NCBI GenBank assembly: GCA_965224705.1
Contig: OZ245056.1
Coordinates: 2,240,001-2,304,000 of the forward strand
Origin: Spirochaetaceae bacterium
Lineage (GTDB): Bacteria; Spirochaetota; Spirochaetia; DSM-2461
Reading direction: 5' to 3'
DNA: 64,000 nt
In this document: positions 28,375 to 38,602 of the stretch, one piece after another
Numbering within the stretch: position 1 is the stretch's first letter
How the letters are laid out: the number at the start of each line of letters is the position of its first letter
Position numbers and translations under genes: made by a program
The notes under the pieces: generated by a model
What the model saw: the letters and a program-made list of their open reading frames with translations, nothing else
The model's database searches: none
Told to the model about the DNA's origin: nothing

Positions 28375-30435
28375 ATGACACGAACCACAAAGCTGTCTGA
28401 AGTCTGGGTACAACTCCATTATCGATATAGGAATGAATCCTACAAATACAACCTTCCCCTCCCTGATGGAAGTAAGGCTCTGGATGGCGTGAAGGTTGAT
28501 TTTGATCGAAGAATTGTTCCCGGAGGACAGCGTTTTTTGGTGACAATGGAATCCATGGGTCTGGTGGATATTGAAACTTTTGTACTCACCGGTTCACTGG
28601 ATTATTCACGAGACCTCAAGGGAATCTTTGTGAATGGATACCAGTCCTGGACCGAAAGCAATGAGCTATATCCCGGGGAAAGGATAGCGGCACTTAATTC
28701 ACCCGGCCGGTTTTTATCTCTTCAGCGATCAGGTGATGCCTCTTTCTATCCATATTCCGAGCGGAAGGGGCGTTTCCATGGTTATTCTTATGCCTATTTG
28801 AGATACCCGGACCGCCTCTTCCTTGTTTGCAGTCTGGATGACAGTATTGGATACACAATAATTGGGACAGATATTCGCCAGGAGATGTTTACCTTAACCA
28901 AAGATCTCTCCGGATATCGACTCAATGGTAAACAGAAAATTCTTGATCTGGCCATATTGGAAGGGATGGAGGATGCTGTTTTTGATGCCTATGCGGATAT
29001 GCGCGGTCTTTCTGACATGAGATTTCCCCGGGTGTTCAGCTGGATCAGTGAGCCGTCAGGAGCACGCCGATTGGATGAGCTCTATATAAGGCGCAGTCTC
29101 GCAGTATTTCGGGATAATGAGATCCCTCTGGATTATTTCATTATTGGAAGCGGCTGGCAGTCGGCGCTTGGTGAATGGAAGCTGCTGGCTTCCGGTTTCC
29201 CATCGGGGATGTCTTCCCTGTGTGCTGAGATACGGGGCAGTGGTTATCGACCGGGATTATGGTTTGCTCCCTTTGTTGTGGGAGTTGATTCAACGATATT
29301 CCGAACACGGAAGGACTGGCTGATCAGGGAACCCGGGAAGGCATTGAAACCAGCCGGACGTTTTGCCCAGCACAGGGGTGCTGTCTTCGCACTGGACCTC
29401 TCGAGACAGGATGTTCGGGAATACATTGCGGAGAGCTATCAGCGGATTACAGAGAAATGGCGTTATGATTTCATTGCTCTGGACCTGCTTTATGCGTCAG
29501 GTATCTATCCCCGGGATGGATTGAGCAGGGGAGGGGCCATGAATGATGCGATGAAGTTTCTTACTTCACTGAAGGATGAGTCTACAACCTGGCTTGTCAA
29601 TGGAGTTCCTCTGGAGCCTTGTTTCGGAAAAGTTGAATACACCCGTATCTGCGCCAATACATCCCCGGCCTGGGAGCATACCTATCATAAGAGTATTCAT
29701 TTGAGAGAAAGGGTTTCCACCCTTAGCGCATTGCGTTCCACAGTTGGCCGACGTCACCTTAATGGCCGATTGTCTGAAAATGCCACCGGCCCATTTCATT
29801 TGAGATCGACAAGAAAATCCATGGATGAATCACAACGATACACTCAGCTTCTATTATGCCTGCTGCTCGGGAATTTCATATCGACTTCAGATCCTGTTGG
29901 AGACTACCAGCCGGAAACAATGAGACTGTTTATGTCCCTGTTTCCTTTTATTAATCCCCGAATTGAATCAGTGACAGAATTCAGGAGAACGGTCAGAGTG
30001 AATTACAGGGTCGGCGGGCGGACATACCTGAGTATTTCCAATCTGGCAGAACGCACACGATCGTATCAACTTCCTGATGGCAACTGGTTTGTGGCTGCTG
30101 CTGGAGGAAATCGTGCTCATCACATTATGGGAGAAACGCATCGGCAGATAAAATCAGGCGAATCACACAATTATCTGCTTATTGAAGAAGGAGATTGTTT
30201 TGCCGGCAGCGATGGACATGTTTTTCCCGGAGCTGAAATCAAATCTATACAGAAGATTGGTAACAACTGGGTCATTATCCCTGAGAAATCAGGTCATAAT
30301 CTTTTCAAAGTATGGCTGCGAGTTCCGGCGGATGATGCCAATACTACAATAAATGGATATTCTGTTGAGAAAGAAATACTCGCGAATGGAGAATGTCTGA
30401 TAAGCACCCATGTCGGCGATTCACCGGCAGTTTAA
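28375..30435 (+). CDS. GH36 (alpha-galactosidase-like) protein with degenerate active site
   Basis: NGYQSW, FPSGM, PGLWFAPF and LDLS framework is present, but IDD is IGS, KxD is ALD and RIGPD is RICAN. Confidence 0.75.
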   Translation: MTRTTKLSEVWVQLHYRYRNESYKYNLPLPDGSKALDGVKVDFDRRIVPGGQRFLVTMESMGLVDIETFVLTGSLDYSRDLKGIFVNGYQSWTESNELYPGERIAALNSPGRFLSLQRSGDASFYPYSERKGRFHGYSYAYLRYPDRLFLVCSLDDSIGYTIIGTDIRQEMFTLTKDLSGYRLNGKQKILDLAILEGMEDAVFDAYADMRGLSDMRFPRVFSWISEPSGARRLDELYIRRSLAVFRDNEIPLDYFIIGSGWQSALGEWKLLASGFPSGMSSLCAEIRGSGYRPGLWFAPFVVGVDSTIFRTRKDWLIREPGKALKPAGRFAQHRGAVFALDLSRQDVREYIAESYQRITEKWRYDFIALDLLYASGIYPRDGLSRGGAMNDAMKFLTSLKDESTTWLVNGVPLEPCFGKVEYTRICANTSPAWEHTYHKSIHLRERVSTLSALRSTVGRRHLNGRLSENATGPFHLRSTRKSMDESQRYTQLLLCLLLGNFISTSDPVGDYQPETMRLFMSLFPFINPRIESVTEFRRTVRVNYRVGGRTYLSISNLAERTRSYQLPDGNWFVAAAGGNRAHHIMGETHRQIKSGESHNYLLIEEGDCFAGSDGHVFPGAEIKSIQKIGNNWVIIPEKSGHNLFKVWLRVPADDANTTINGYSVEKEILANGECLISTHVGDSPAV

Positions 30436-31961
30436 CAGTCGTAAAGAAGTCTGAAGTAATCAACTCGGCCAAAAACCTTCCCTACAGCTTCCCTAATGCT
30501 GCCTGGTGATGCGGATGGGGTTTTCGTGCCGAAACCTGCCAGTATTTCAGAAAATTTTCTGGCAAAAACAATGTCACTGAAATGGGATTCCAGGGTATCT
30601 GCCATGCTGGGTGCGGTTGCCATCAATGTGCGGCTGACCGAATCCAGCAGCTCGCGATTCAAGAGTCTGGCCTGTCTTATCCATTCGGGATCTCTGGCCT
30701 TTTCAAGCATGGCAAGTTGATCTGTAACGGAAAGAAATGATATATCAAGTCCTCCCCCAACTCCCATCTTTTTTACGGATGCTTTGATTGTTTTAATTGC
30801 TTTTTCAGGTAGATAGCCGCTGTGGATCTTGATCTTCTCCAGGTACTCCTGCTGTGTTTTTTGTATGAGCGTCTTATCAGCGGGTATTCGGAATTCGGCC
30901 CAGAACCGCCGTGGATATTCCCCTAAGATCTCAAGGATCCCATCGAGAGTGTCAAGATAACGGCCGATGAGAGGTTTCCGCCAGTGAAGGGCATTCAGAA
31001 AAAGGTATCCGAATCCTTCCTGTACCGAGGTGGAGATAATACCATCACTGCCGGATGCAAGTTTTGGGTAGGTCAGCAGGGGGCTGCCTGTTGCTTCGGG
31101 ACACCAGACTCCCGGGATCAGTCCTTTCTTAAAGGCAGTTTCAACAATCTTTGAGTAGGCTTTCTCCTGTGCTGAAACGCCCGGGAGAGTTACGATAACA
31201 TTGGCAGGCTCATCGAGAAGAATGGCCATCATGGCCGCTTCAAATATGTTCTTTCGGCGAATAGTCCGTACAGGGTAGAGGAGTATTCGCCCATCAGGTA
31301 AGAATCCCGGATTCAATTGGGAACAGCTGTCCATAAGTGCTGCCTTTAATTCAGCGGAGCTTATGTCGCTCACAGGGGGGGGAGGGACAGGATTGGACAG
31401 AAGATTGACGGAATTGTTCAGGCCGGCATTGCAGAGTATTTTCCGGTCTCTTTCATTGATAACCGCATAGCGAATCCCAGGACCCGAAGGATAGGGAGGC
31501 GTATCGAGGACGGCATCAAGTCGATTCAAATTCTCCAATCGTCCACATTCGGGAAAATCATGGATGTGGAGAAGCATATTGCGTTTCCCACTTCTGGCGA
31601 TATCCATCAATGCTGCTGTGAACCAGGGATTTTTTCCAATATGGTAATTATGGATCCACCACAGAGTATCCTCATCGTAACGGGCTTCAAGTCGTCTGGT
31701 GATTGCACTGACATCAAGTTCCTGTCCGCTTTCGGTATAGGCGATTTCACTCAAAACATCACTTTTCAACTTGTCTGCCAGAGGTCTTGGAAGATTTTTT
31801 CTGATCCGGTTCATCACATCATTAATCCCATTTGAAATACCGGAAACCAATCTGATTTCCTTGATGTTATTCATGTGGGTGAGAATGGCACGGACGGAAT
31901 ATACAATGACATCAGTGACACCACCGGGCTGAAGGTGATAATGAAACAGCACTATTTTCAC
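30432..31961 (-). CDS. GT4 (GT-B) glycosyltransferase
   Basis: HYHLQPGGV, HIHDFPE, YPVRTIRRKN and EGFGYLFL motifs. Confidence 0.8.
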   Translation of the reverse strand: MKIVLFHYHLQPGGVTDVIVYSVRAILTHMNNIKEIRLVSGISNGINDVMNRIRKNLPRPLADKLKSDVLSEIAYTESGQELDVSAITRRLEARYDEDTLWWIHNYHIGKNPWFTAALMDIARSGKRNMLLHIHDFPECGRLENLNRLDAVLDTPPYPSGPGIRYAVINERDRKILCNAGLNNSVNLLSNPVPPPPVSDISSAELKAALMDSCSQLNPGFLPDGRILLYPVRTIRRKNIFEAAMMAILLDEPANVIVTLPGVSAQEKAYSKIVETAFKKGLIPGVWCPEATGSPLLTYPKLASGSDGIISTSVQEGFGYLFLNALHWRKPLIGRYLDTLDGILEILGEYPRRFWAEFRIPADKTLIQKTQQEYLEKIKIHSGYLPEKAIKTIKASVKKMGVGGGLDISFLSVTDQLAMLEKARDPEWIRQARLLNRELLDSVSRTLMATAPSMADTLESHFSDIVFARKFSEILAGFGTKTPSASPGSIREAVGKVFGRVDYFRLLYDC

Positions 31962-33238
31962 TATGTTTTCCCTATGTTGAGATTTCCCAGATGTCGAGTC
32001 ATGACAGCTCTCAACTGGTTTCGCAGAATCTGATAGGAATAATGCTTCAAGGCCAGTTTGTAATTGGTATCAGTCATCTCCCATACAAGTTCTTTATTCT
32101 GCAGTACTTCCTCTGTTCTTTTGATGGTCTTTGACGAGATAAAATCGTCCATTTCGATAACCTTGAATCCTTTTGGTTTGATATCAGTGGAATAGATAGA
32201 GTAATTATTGACCAGAATTGGTTTTCTGAACCATATTGCTTCAAGAAAGGCATTCCCGAAACCTTCTATGAGGGACGGATAGGTAATCAGATCTGCATGC
32301 GGATAGATGTCCGACAGAGAGTATACGCGTCTGCCATCACCTGTTGTTCCTCTCTTCTCTTTTATTATGTCATCGACAAACAGGGCTCGTATTTTCATCA
32401 GTCCAGCAAATTCCTTCACACGCGTTTGATACTCATACCCTTCGTCTCCCGATGCATGAGAAATAACGAGCACTGCCTTCCTGTTTATCCGTGCGACTAA
32501 CTCGATGGCATGTTCAATCCCTTTTCGCTGAACAACTCGTGTCGGCTGCAGAACAAACAGCTCATCATCGGAGATTTTCAGATCTTTGCGCACATTCTTT
32601 ATGTAGTCGTCCTCAGGCGGAGGACCTAATTCGAAGTTCATTACATTGGGAATGAGTGTGGATGAAATCCCTTTTCGAAGAGCTAATTGATTCTTACCGG
32701 AAGAATTGATTACAACATGTTCAATGTTATTGAGATGGGGCGGATAGCACATATTGAAGTAATCCCACACACAATTACATAGAAACCTCTTTCTTTCCCA
32801 GAAGAAATCATGATGATGAGCGATGACAGGTATGCCGGATTCAGCAATTACCTCCGTCAGGGCCAGACCCAATGGTATATTTAAGGGGATGGTAAGCACA
32901 TTCTGAGGAATGAGCATATTGATTTCATATGTTCTAATAAAATCATATACTTTTGCCTTGAGGTACTGTTTTATTTCATAGATCTTTGAAGTGAGAGACG
33001 TATTCCGGTAATCACTGGCAAAGCACTCATCCGTAACGGCTTGAATTTCAGGATCCTGAAAATGCAGTTTTTCTTCCATGTACGATCTGTCGGACGGAGT
33101 ATCAATCTCACCGGCCATGAAATAGCAATCATATCCCATTTGTTCAATAACAGCCGCCCATTTCATCGTTTCCAGTGATACACCATCAGTTCCTGCCAGG
33201 CGAAATGAGATGAAACCAATATGTTGTTTACTTGCCAT
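31961..33238 (-). CDS. GT4 glycosyltransferase, mannosylglucosylglycerate synthase (MggS)-like
   Basis: RLAGTDGVSLE..KW, AHHHDFFWER, QPTRVVQRKGIE and EGFGNAFLEA motifs; specific activity inferred. Confidence 0.75.
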   Translation of the reverse strand: MASKQHIGFISFRLAGTDGVSLETMKWAAVIEQMGYDCYFMAGEIDTPSDRSYMEEKLHFQDPEIQAVTDECFASDYRNTSLTSKIYEIKQYLKAKVYDFIRTYEINMLIPQNVLTIPLNIPLGLALTEVIAESGIPVIAHHHDFFWERKRFLCNCVWDYFNMCYPPHLNNIEHVVINSSGKNQLALRKGISSTLIPNVMNFELGPPPEDDYIKNVRKDLKISDDELFVLQPTRVVQRKGIEHAIELVARINRKAVLVISHASGDEGYEYQTRVKEFAGLMKIRALFVDDIIKEKRGTTGDGRRVYSLSDIYPHADLITYPSLIEGFGNAFLEAIWFRKPILVNNYSIYSTDIKPKGFKVIEMDDFISSKTIKRTEEVLQNKELVWEMTDTNYKLALKHYSYQILRNQLRAVMTRHLGNLNIGKT

Positions 33239-33355
33239 GCATGCCTTCCTTGTCACAGTATATATTTTACAGAGAATGATGGTATACTATATCTGTGCTT
33301 TGGTGAATTGTAAGGTTCAGGATTCAGAAAAATTGCATTGAAAGGGGAGAATACG

Positions 33356-35077
33356 GTGAATAAGGTAATCGAAGAGAAATTGAAACTCATCTTTGGGAAA
33401 ATAACAGGTGTCCAGACAGCAAAAAGGCTGGAGGGTCTGATTGATCAGTGGAGAAATCAAAATCCTCAGGTATCAGTCTCTTCAACCGGCGGCTTACCGG
33501 CCGATCAGAAAGATGCCATTATGATCACCTATGGGGATAACATACAGAAATCCGGGATGAAACATCTGGAGGCTCTGAAGGATTTTTCTGAACGAAGATT
33601 GACAGGAGTTGTGTCAGGCATTCATATTCTTCCCTTTTCACCCTACTCGTCGGATGATGGATTTTCAGTTATTGATTATCGAGCCGTTAATCCGGAATGG
33701 GGGGATTGGGATCAGATTACTTCTATCGCAGAAAACTTCCGGCTGATGGCGGATCTTGTTCTCAATCACTGCAGTGCTCACAGTTTCTGGTTCAAAGAGT
33801 TTCTGGCCGGAGTTGAAAAATACAAAGATTACTTCATTACTGTTCAGCCTGGAACTGATCTTTCCAGAGTTTTTCGACCTCGTGCACTCCCGTTGACCCA
33901 TGAATTTGAAGTGAATGGTCAGAAAAAAATGGTGTGGACAACATTCAGCCAGGATCAGGTCGATCTTAACTTTGCGAATCCGGAAGTCTTTCTTGAATTT
34001 ATTGATATACTGCTCGACTATGTTTCCAGAGGTGTCCAGCTTATCCGCCTGGATGCCGTTGGTTTCCTGTGGAAGGAAATTGGCACGAGCTGCATGCATC
34101 ACCCAAAGACCCATGAGATAATCAAAATTTTCAGGCTTGTTCTTGCCGAAACGTCACCGGAAGTGATCCTCATCACCGAAACAAACGTACCCCATGAGGA
34201 AAACATCTCCTACTTCGGTAAGGGGAACGACGAAGCTCATATGGTGTACCAGTTCACCCTGCCCCCCCTTACTCTGGATGCATTCCTTCGAGGTGATGCC
34301 TCCAGACTGACAGCCTGGGCTGCGACCCTGCCGGAGCCCAACCCTGACTTCAGCTTTTTCAACTTCCTTGCTTCCCACGATGGAGTGGGGCTTCTTCCAG
34401 CTCGCGGTTATCTTAACAGCAGGGAAATCAATGATCTGGTTGCAGCGGTTAAGGCCAGGGGTGCCAGGGTTGGGTACAAATCGACTCCCGATGGGGACAT
34501 CCCCTACGAGCTCAATGTGAGTTACCGGGATGCCGTGGCTGAGGACACACTTCCAATCGAAGGAAGGGCAGCGAAATTCCTGGCTTCACAGGCCGTGATG
34601 CTGTCCATGGCCGGTATTCCCGGGATTTACATCCATAGCCTTCTGGGATCGGGAAACTGGGACGAAGGTGTTAAACGTACAGGTATCAACAGATCCATCA
34701 ATAGGGAAAAACTGGATTCAGATAAGCTGAATGCAGAGCTTGACGATTTATCAAGTCTGCGGGGACAGATCTTCGCCGGTTATACAGGAATGCTCAAAGC
34801 GCGCCGTGCCCATCCAGCCTTCCATCCGGCGGCCGGGCAGCACATCCACTCCCTTTCTTCCTCTGTGTTTGCCCTGACACGCACAGCGGATAGTGGTCAA
34901 TCCGTCCTCTGCCTCATCTCGGTTTCTTCGAAACGGCAGAAAGTGCATCTGCCGGGGAAGTGGTCAACAGAAAAATCCTGTATGAACCTTGTAAACAGCT
35001 CGTTGGTGGAAGTGGAAGATGGGGAGGTTCTTATGGAAGCATGGGATGTTTTCTGGCTTGAGATGAATAGAAAATGA
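33356..35077 (+). CDS. GH13_18 sugar phosphorylase, probably glucosylglycerate phosphorylase
   Basis: RLDAVG nucleophile, ITETNV acid/base, ASHDG and PYELN loop motifs; GTG start after GGGGAG. Confidence 0.8.
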   Translation: MNKVIEEKLKLIFGKITGVQTAKRLEGLIDQWRNQNPQVSVSSTGGLPADQKDAIMITYGDNIQKSGMKHLEALKDFSERRLTGVVSGIHILPFSPYSSDDGFSVIDYRAVNPEWGDWDQITSIAENFRLMADLVLNHCSAHSFWFKEFLAGVEKYKDYFITVQPGTDLSRVFRPRALPLTHEFEVNGQKKMVWTTFSQDQVDLNFANPEVFLEFIDILLDYVSRGVQLIRLDAVGFLWKEIGTSCMHHPKTHEIIKIFRLVLAETSPEVILITETNVPHEENISYFGKGNDEAHMVYQFTLPPLTLDAFLRGDASRLTAWAATLPEPNPDFSFFNFLASHDGVGLLPARGYLNSREINDLVAAVKARGARVGYKSTPDGDIPYELNVSYRDAVAEDTLPIEGRAAKFLASQAVMLSMAGIPGIYIHSLLGSGNWDEGVKRTGINRSINREKLDSDKLNAELDDLSSLRGQIFAGYTGMLKARRAHPAFHPAAGQHIHSLSSSVFALTRTADSGQSVLCLISVSSKRQKVHLPGKWSTEKSCMNLVNSSLVEVEDGEVLMEAWDVFWLEMNRK

Positions 35078-36522
35078 GTTTCATTGTATCACTGGAATCA
35101 GCAATCATGCGGAAAGGAGGGCCGCTTTGTATTGGTATTGACCCGAGAGTTGAACCGGGCGGGACAAGTTATAACGATCTGCGGGATTATGGGTGCCGGG
35201 TGGTTGATGCCTGCTCACCTTTTGCCGTGGCCTTCAAACTCCAGTTGGCCTTCTTTGAACGCCATGGAGCAGTCGGCCTTGAGGCCCTTGAGGCCATTCT
35301 ACGATACATCCAGTCTGCGGATCCTGAGTATCCTATTATTCTGGATGCCAAGAGGGGGGATATCGGCTCCACGGCCGATGCCTATGCCCAGGCCCTTCTC
35401 GGCAGGCCCGGATGCCTGGCCGTTACTCTTTCTCCATATCCTGGGGCTGAATCCATTCAACCCTTCCTTCAGTATAAGAATTCCTTCCTGTTCATACTCT
35501 GCCGTACAACAAACCCGGGTGCCCGGAAGCTGCAGGAAATGCCATTGCAGAATGGTCAGCCCCTGTATCTTGCGGTTGCCGAGGAGGCCGTGAGTTGGGA
35601 TGTCCAGCCTTCCAGACCGCAGATTGGACTGGTGGTGGCCGGTAATGATTCCCGTGCTCTGCGATTGGTAAGGCAATACCAGCCGGATACATGGTTTCTT
35701 GCTCCTGGCATTGGAACTCAGGGCGGACGGGCTGATGAGGCCATCGCTGCCGGTGCCAGAAGTGATGGGCTGGGTGTTCTGGCTTCTGCCAGCCGATCTG
35801 TCGCTGATGCCCCCGATCCCGCACTGGCTGCCGGCAGGCTCCGGGATACCCTGGAGAAGGCACGAGGGGCAGGTCAATCCGGATATAGTTTTAAGATTGA
35901 AAAATCTCGAAGCTCCGGCTTGAGGAAGGAAGAACATCAGGAACTGCTGGAAGGTCTCTTTCGGATTGGTGCCTTCAAACTGGGAGAATTCATCTTGAAG
36001 TCCGGTATGAAGTCGCCCTTCTACATTGATTTGCGCCGGATCAGTGCGGACAGCCGTCTATTTCAACTCTGCGGCCGGGCCTATGCATCCCTGTTGAAAA
36101 GTATCCAATATGATCATGTTGCTGGCATCCCGGTCGCCGCTCTACCGCTGGCCGCCGCTGCCGTTCTCGTCACTGGAGACAGTTTGATTTATCCTCGAAT
36201 TGAAAAAAAGGATCATGGTTCCGGTGTCCGGGTGGAAGGCGTCTGGCAGAAGGGTGATAGAGTTGTATTGCTTGATGACTTGATTACCACAGGTGGCAGT
36301 AAGATTGAAGCGGCGGCTATCCTGAAGGAAGCGGGTCTGAGAGTTGAGAATCTGGTTGTCCTCATTGAGCGGGGAAGTACCGGACGGGAAGAATTGGAAG
36401 AGGTCGGCATACATTTGAATTCCTGGATCAAAGTGGAGGATCTGCTTCAAGCAGGTGCCGCTGCTGGATACATCGGAGAAGAAGAGGCCCGAAGGGCAGC
36501 GGAATTTGTCAGGAAGGGATGA
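35074..36522 (+). CDS. pyrF: fused orotidine-5'-phosphate decarboxylase / orotate phosphoribosyltransferase (PyrF-PyrE)
   Basis: N-terminal LCIGIDP, DAKRGDIGST and PGIGTQGG; C-terminal LKSGMKSPFYID and VVLLDDLITTGGS. Confidence 0.9.
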   Translation: MSFIVSLESAIMRKGGPLCIGIDPRVEPGGTSYNDLRDYGCRVVDACSPFAVAFKLQLAFFERHGAVGLEALEAILRYIQSADPEYPIILDAKRGDIGSTADAYAQALLGRPGCLAVTLSPYPGAESIQPFLQYKNSFLFILCRTTNPGARKLQEMPLQNGQPLYLAVAEEAVSWDVQPSRPQIGLVVAGNDSRALRLVRQYQPDTWFLAPGIGTQGGRADEAIAAGARSDGLGVLASASRSVADAPDPALAAGRLRDTLEKARGAGQSGYSFKIEKSRSSGLRKEEHQELLEGLFRIGAFKLGEFILKSGMKSPFYIDLRRISADSRLFQLCGRAYASLLKSIQYDHVAGIPVAALPLAAAAVLVTGDSLIYPRIEKKDHGSGVRVEGVWQKGDRVVLLDDLITTGGSKIEAAAILKEAGLRVENLVVLIERGSTGREELEEVGIHLNSWIKVEDLLQAGAAAGYIGEEEARRAAEFVRKG

Positions 36523-36532
36523 TACGGCTCTG

Positions 36533-37642
36533 ATGGAATGGCTGAAAAATACAATTGTTATCTGGAATTACACCCTCCCCTTTACACTCCTTGAGTTCAT
36601 ACTTCGCCTTGTACTGCCCGTCCTGACTGTATTTATAACGGCGGTTGTTCTCTCTTCACTGATTCGCCGAATTGGCGGGAAACTGATAAGAGAGGATGAG
36701 AAGAGGCTGGGGTTTTCAAAATGGACACGGCGAGTTTTTCGTTTTATCGTCTTGATTTCCATTGTTATATCAGCAGGTTCACTTCTTGGAATCAAGGCAT
36801 TGAATGTACTGGGCAAGTTCGTCCAGGTACTGAATACTCCTTTTTTTTCCAGCGGGAATACAAGTATTTCAATCCTCACCTTGATTTTGATCATCCCCAT
36901 TACCCTGATTGCCTCCTGGGTTGGCCGTCTTGTAAGGCGGGGAATTGGAAATGGAAGACTGGTACTCTTCGGGTTGAATTCCGAGCAGGAATTCATTGTG
37001 GGCCGCATGGTTCACTATGTGATGATGGTCCTTGTTTTCATTCTTGGGCTTTCAGTTATCGGCATAGATCTATCGGCCATCGGTATCCTGTTTGGGATTC
37101 TGGGTGTTGGAATTGGTTTTGGTCTACAGTCATTTATTGCTGACATAGTGGCTGGTATCAGCCTCATTGGAATGGGACATATCAAAGAAGGAGATAGAAT
37201 CCGACTGGGGGAGAATGATGGTTCAATTCAACACATTCGATTGATGTATACGGAATTGACCACGTTTGAAAACGAAACATTGATAATCCCCAACCGTTTA
37301 CTCACAGGTGATATTATTCACAGTTATAATTACAAAGACAGTCGAGTTGTCATTGTCAACAGGGTTGATGTTTCCTACGATTCGGATCTGGAGGATGTTA
37401 TCAGAATCCTTCAGGAGGTGGCGGCACAAAATCCATGGATTCACCGGGCATCAGAGACCGATGTTCGGGTAAAATCCTTTGCTGATTCAGGAATTGTGAT
37501 GGAATTGCGAACATGGATACATGATGTCAAAGACAGAGCGGAAGCGCTCAGCTGGACCAATCTTGAAATATGGAGAAGTTTCAAGGCAGAGAGTATTGAG
37601 ATCCCATTTCCACAGCGTGATGTTCATTTGAAGAATTCATAA
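36533..37642 (+). CDS. small-conductance mechanosensitive channel (MscS family)
   Basis: GVGIGFGLQ, IIPN, VSYDSDL and IEIPFPQRDVH motifs. Confidence 0.9.
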   Translation: MEWLKNTIVIWNYTLPFTLLEFILRLVLPVLTVFITAVVLSSLIRRIGGKLIREDEKRLGFSKWTRRVFRFIVLISIVISAGSLLGIKALNVLGKFVQVLNTPFFSSGNTSISILTLILIIPITLIASWVGRLVRRGIGNGRLVLFGLNSEQEFIVGRMVHYVMMVLVFILGLSVIGIDLSAIGILFGILGVGIGFGLQSFIADIVAGISLIGMGHIKEGDRIRLGENDGSIQHIRLMYTELTTFENETLIIPNRLLTGDIIHSYNYKDSRVVIVNRVDVSYDSDLEDVIRILQEVAAQNPWIHRASETDVRVKSFADSGIVMELRTWIHDVKDRAEALSWTNLEIWRSFKAESIEIPFPQRDVHLKNS

Positions 37643-38454
37643 CGTTGACTTCTACTCTTGCGGTCTTTCAGTGAGAGCAATACAAGAATCAACAAAGCGC
37701 CCAGATAGGGAAGAGCCGGCATAACGGAGGCCCAGCCTGCTGCAAGGCCCTGTATTCTTCCAGAAACAATCTCAAACAGTGAGAAGATATAGCATGAAAT
37801 CAAAACCCCGGCTGGATTGCGATATCCTGTCCAGATCATGGCCAGAGCAATCCAGCCCTTACCCGCACTCATCCCCGGAACGAATACCCCTAACCGCAGA
37901 CTTATGATGCTTCCGGCAAGGGCCGCCATACCGGATGAGATGAACAGAACACTTATTCTCAGAAGCCGCACCGAAATGCCTCGTTCAGCCAGAAACTCGA
38001 CACCGCTGGCGGCGGCCCTGATGCGTCTGCCATACGAACTTGAGTATAGAACAAGGCTGATAATGATTCCTGAAGGAATCATCAGCCATGGCAACATGTC
38101 AAGTTCCCGGGATGCCAGGCGGAGAACACCTTCAAAGTTAAAAAAAAACCTGGAAACAAGGCTGTTTACTGCGGGTAGAAGAAGATTGATTCCCAACCCG
38201 GCTATAAACAGATTCGCTCCCCATCCAAGATGAAGAACTCCCAGTAATCCTCCGGCCAGAATGCCTGTAAAGGCGGCTGCTATCATGGCAGTCCACCATG
38301 GGAATCCCACACTCACGAGAACGGCCGTGATAAATGCTCCCACAGCTATATTGCCTTCCAGGGATATGTTCAGTGCCCCGGCCCTCTCAGACAGAAGTCC
38401 GCCCAGAGCCGTCAGAATTAGTGGAACTGATGAGTAGAATGCTGCTTCTATCAT
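37624..38454 (-). CDS. nucleoside/simple-sugar ABC permease
   Basis: SERAGALNISLEG and GKGWIALA motifs. Confidence 0.88.
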   Translation of the reverse strand: MIEAAFYSSVPLILTALGGLLSERAGALNISLEGNIAVGAFITAVLVSVGFPWWTAMIAAAFTGILAGGLLGVLHLGWGANLFIAGLGINLLLPAVNSLVSRFFFNFEGVLRLASRELDMLPWLMIPSGIIISLVLYSSSYGRRIRAAASGVEFLAERGISVRLLRISVLFISSGMAALAGSIISLRLGVFVPGMSAGKGWIALAMIWTGYRNPAGVLISCYIFSLFEIVSGRIQGLAAGWASVMPALPYLGALLILVLLSLKDRKSRSQRYEFFK

Positions 38455-38602
38455 GGATGATGTAGTACTTCCCCTGTTGAATAGCTGTCTGTTTTTATCC
38501 AGTGTACCTTCGAAAAATCTGAATGCCGCCTGTTTGAAAATGCAGTCATGGCTGAGAATTTGTCAGGCATTGATATTGTGTTTAAGTTCCTTCTCCCTGC
38601 CA

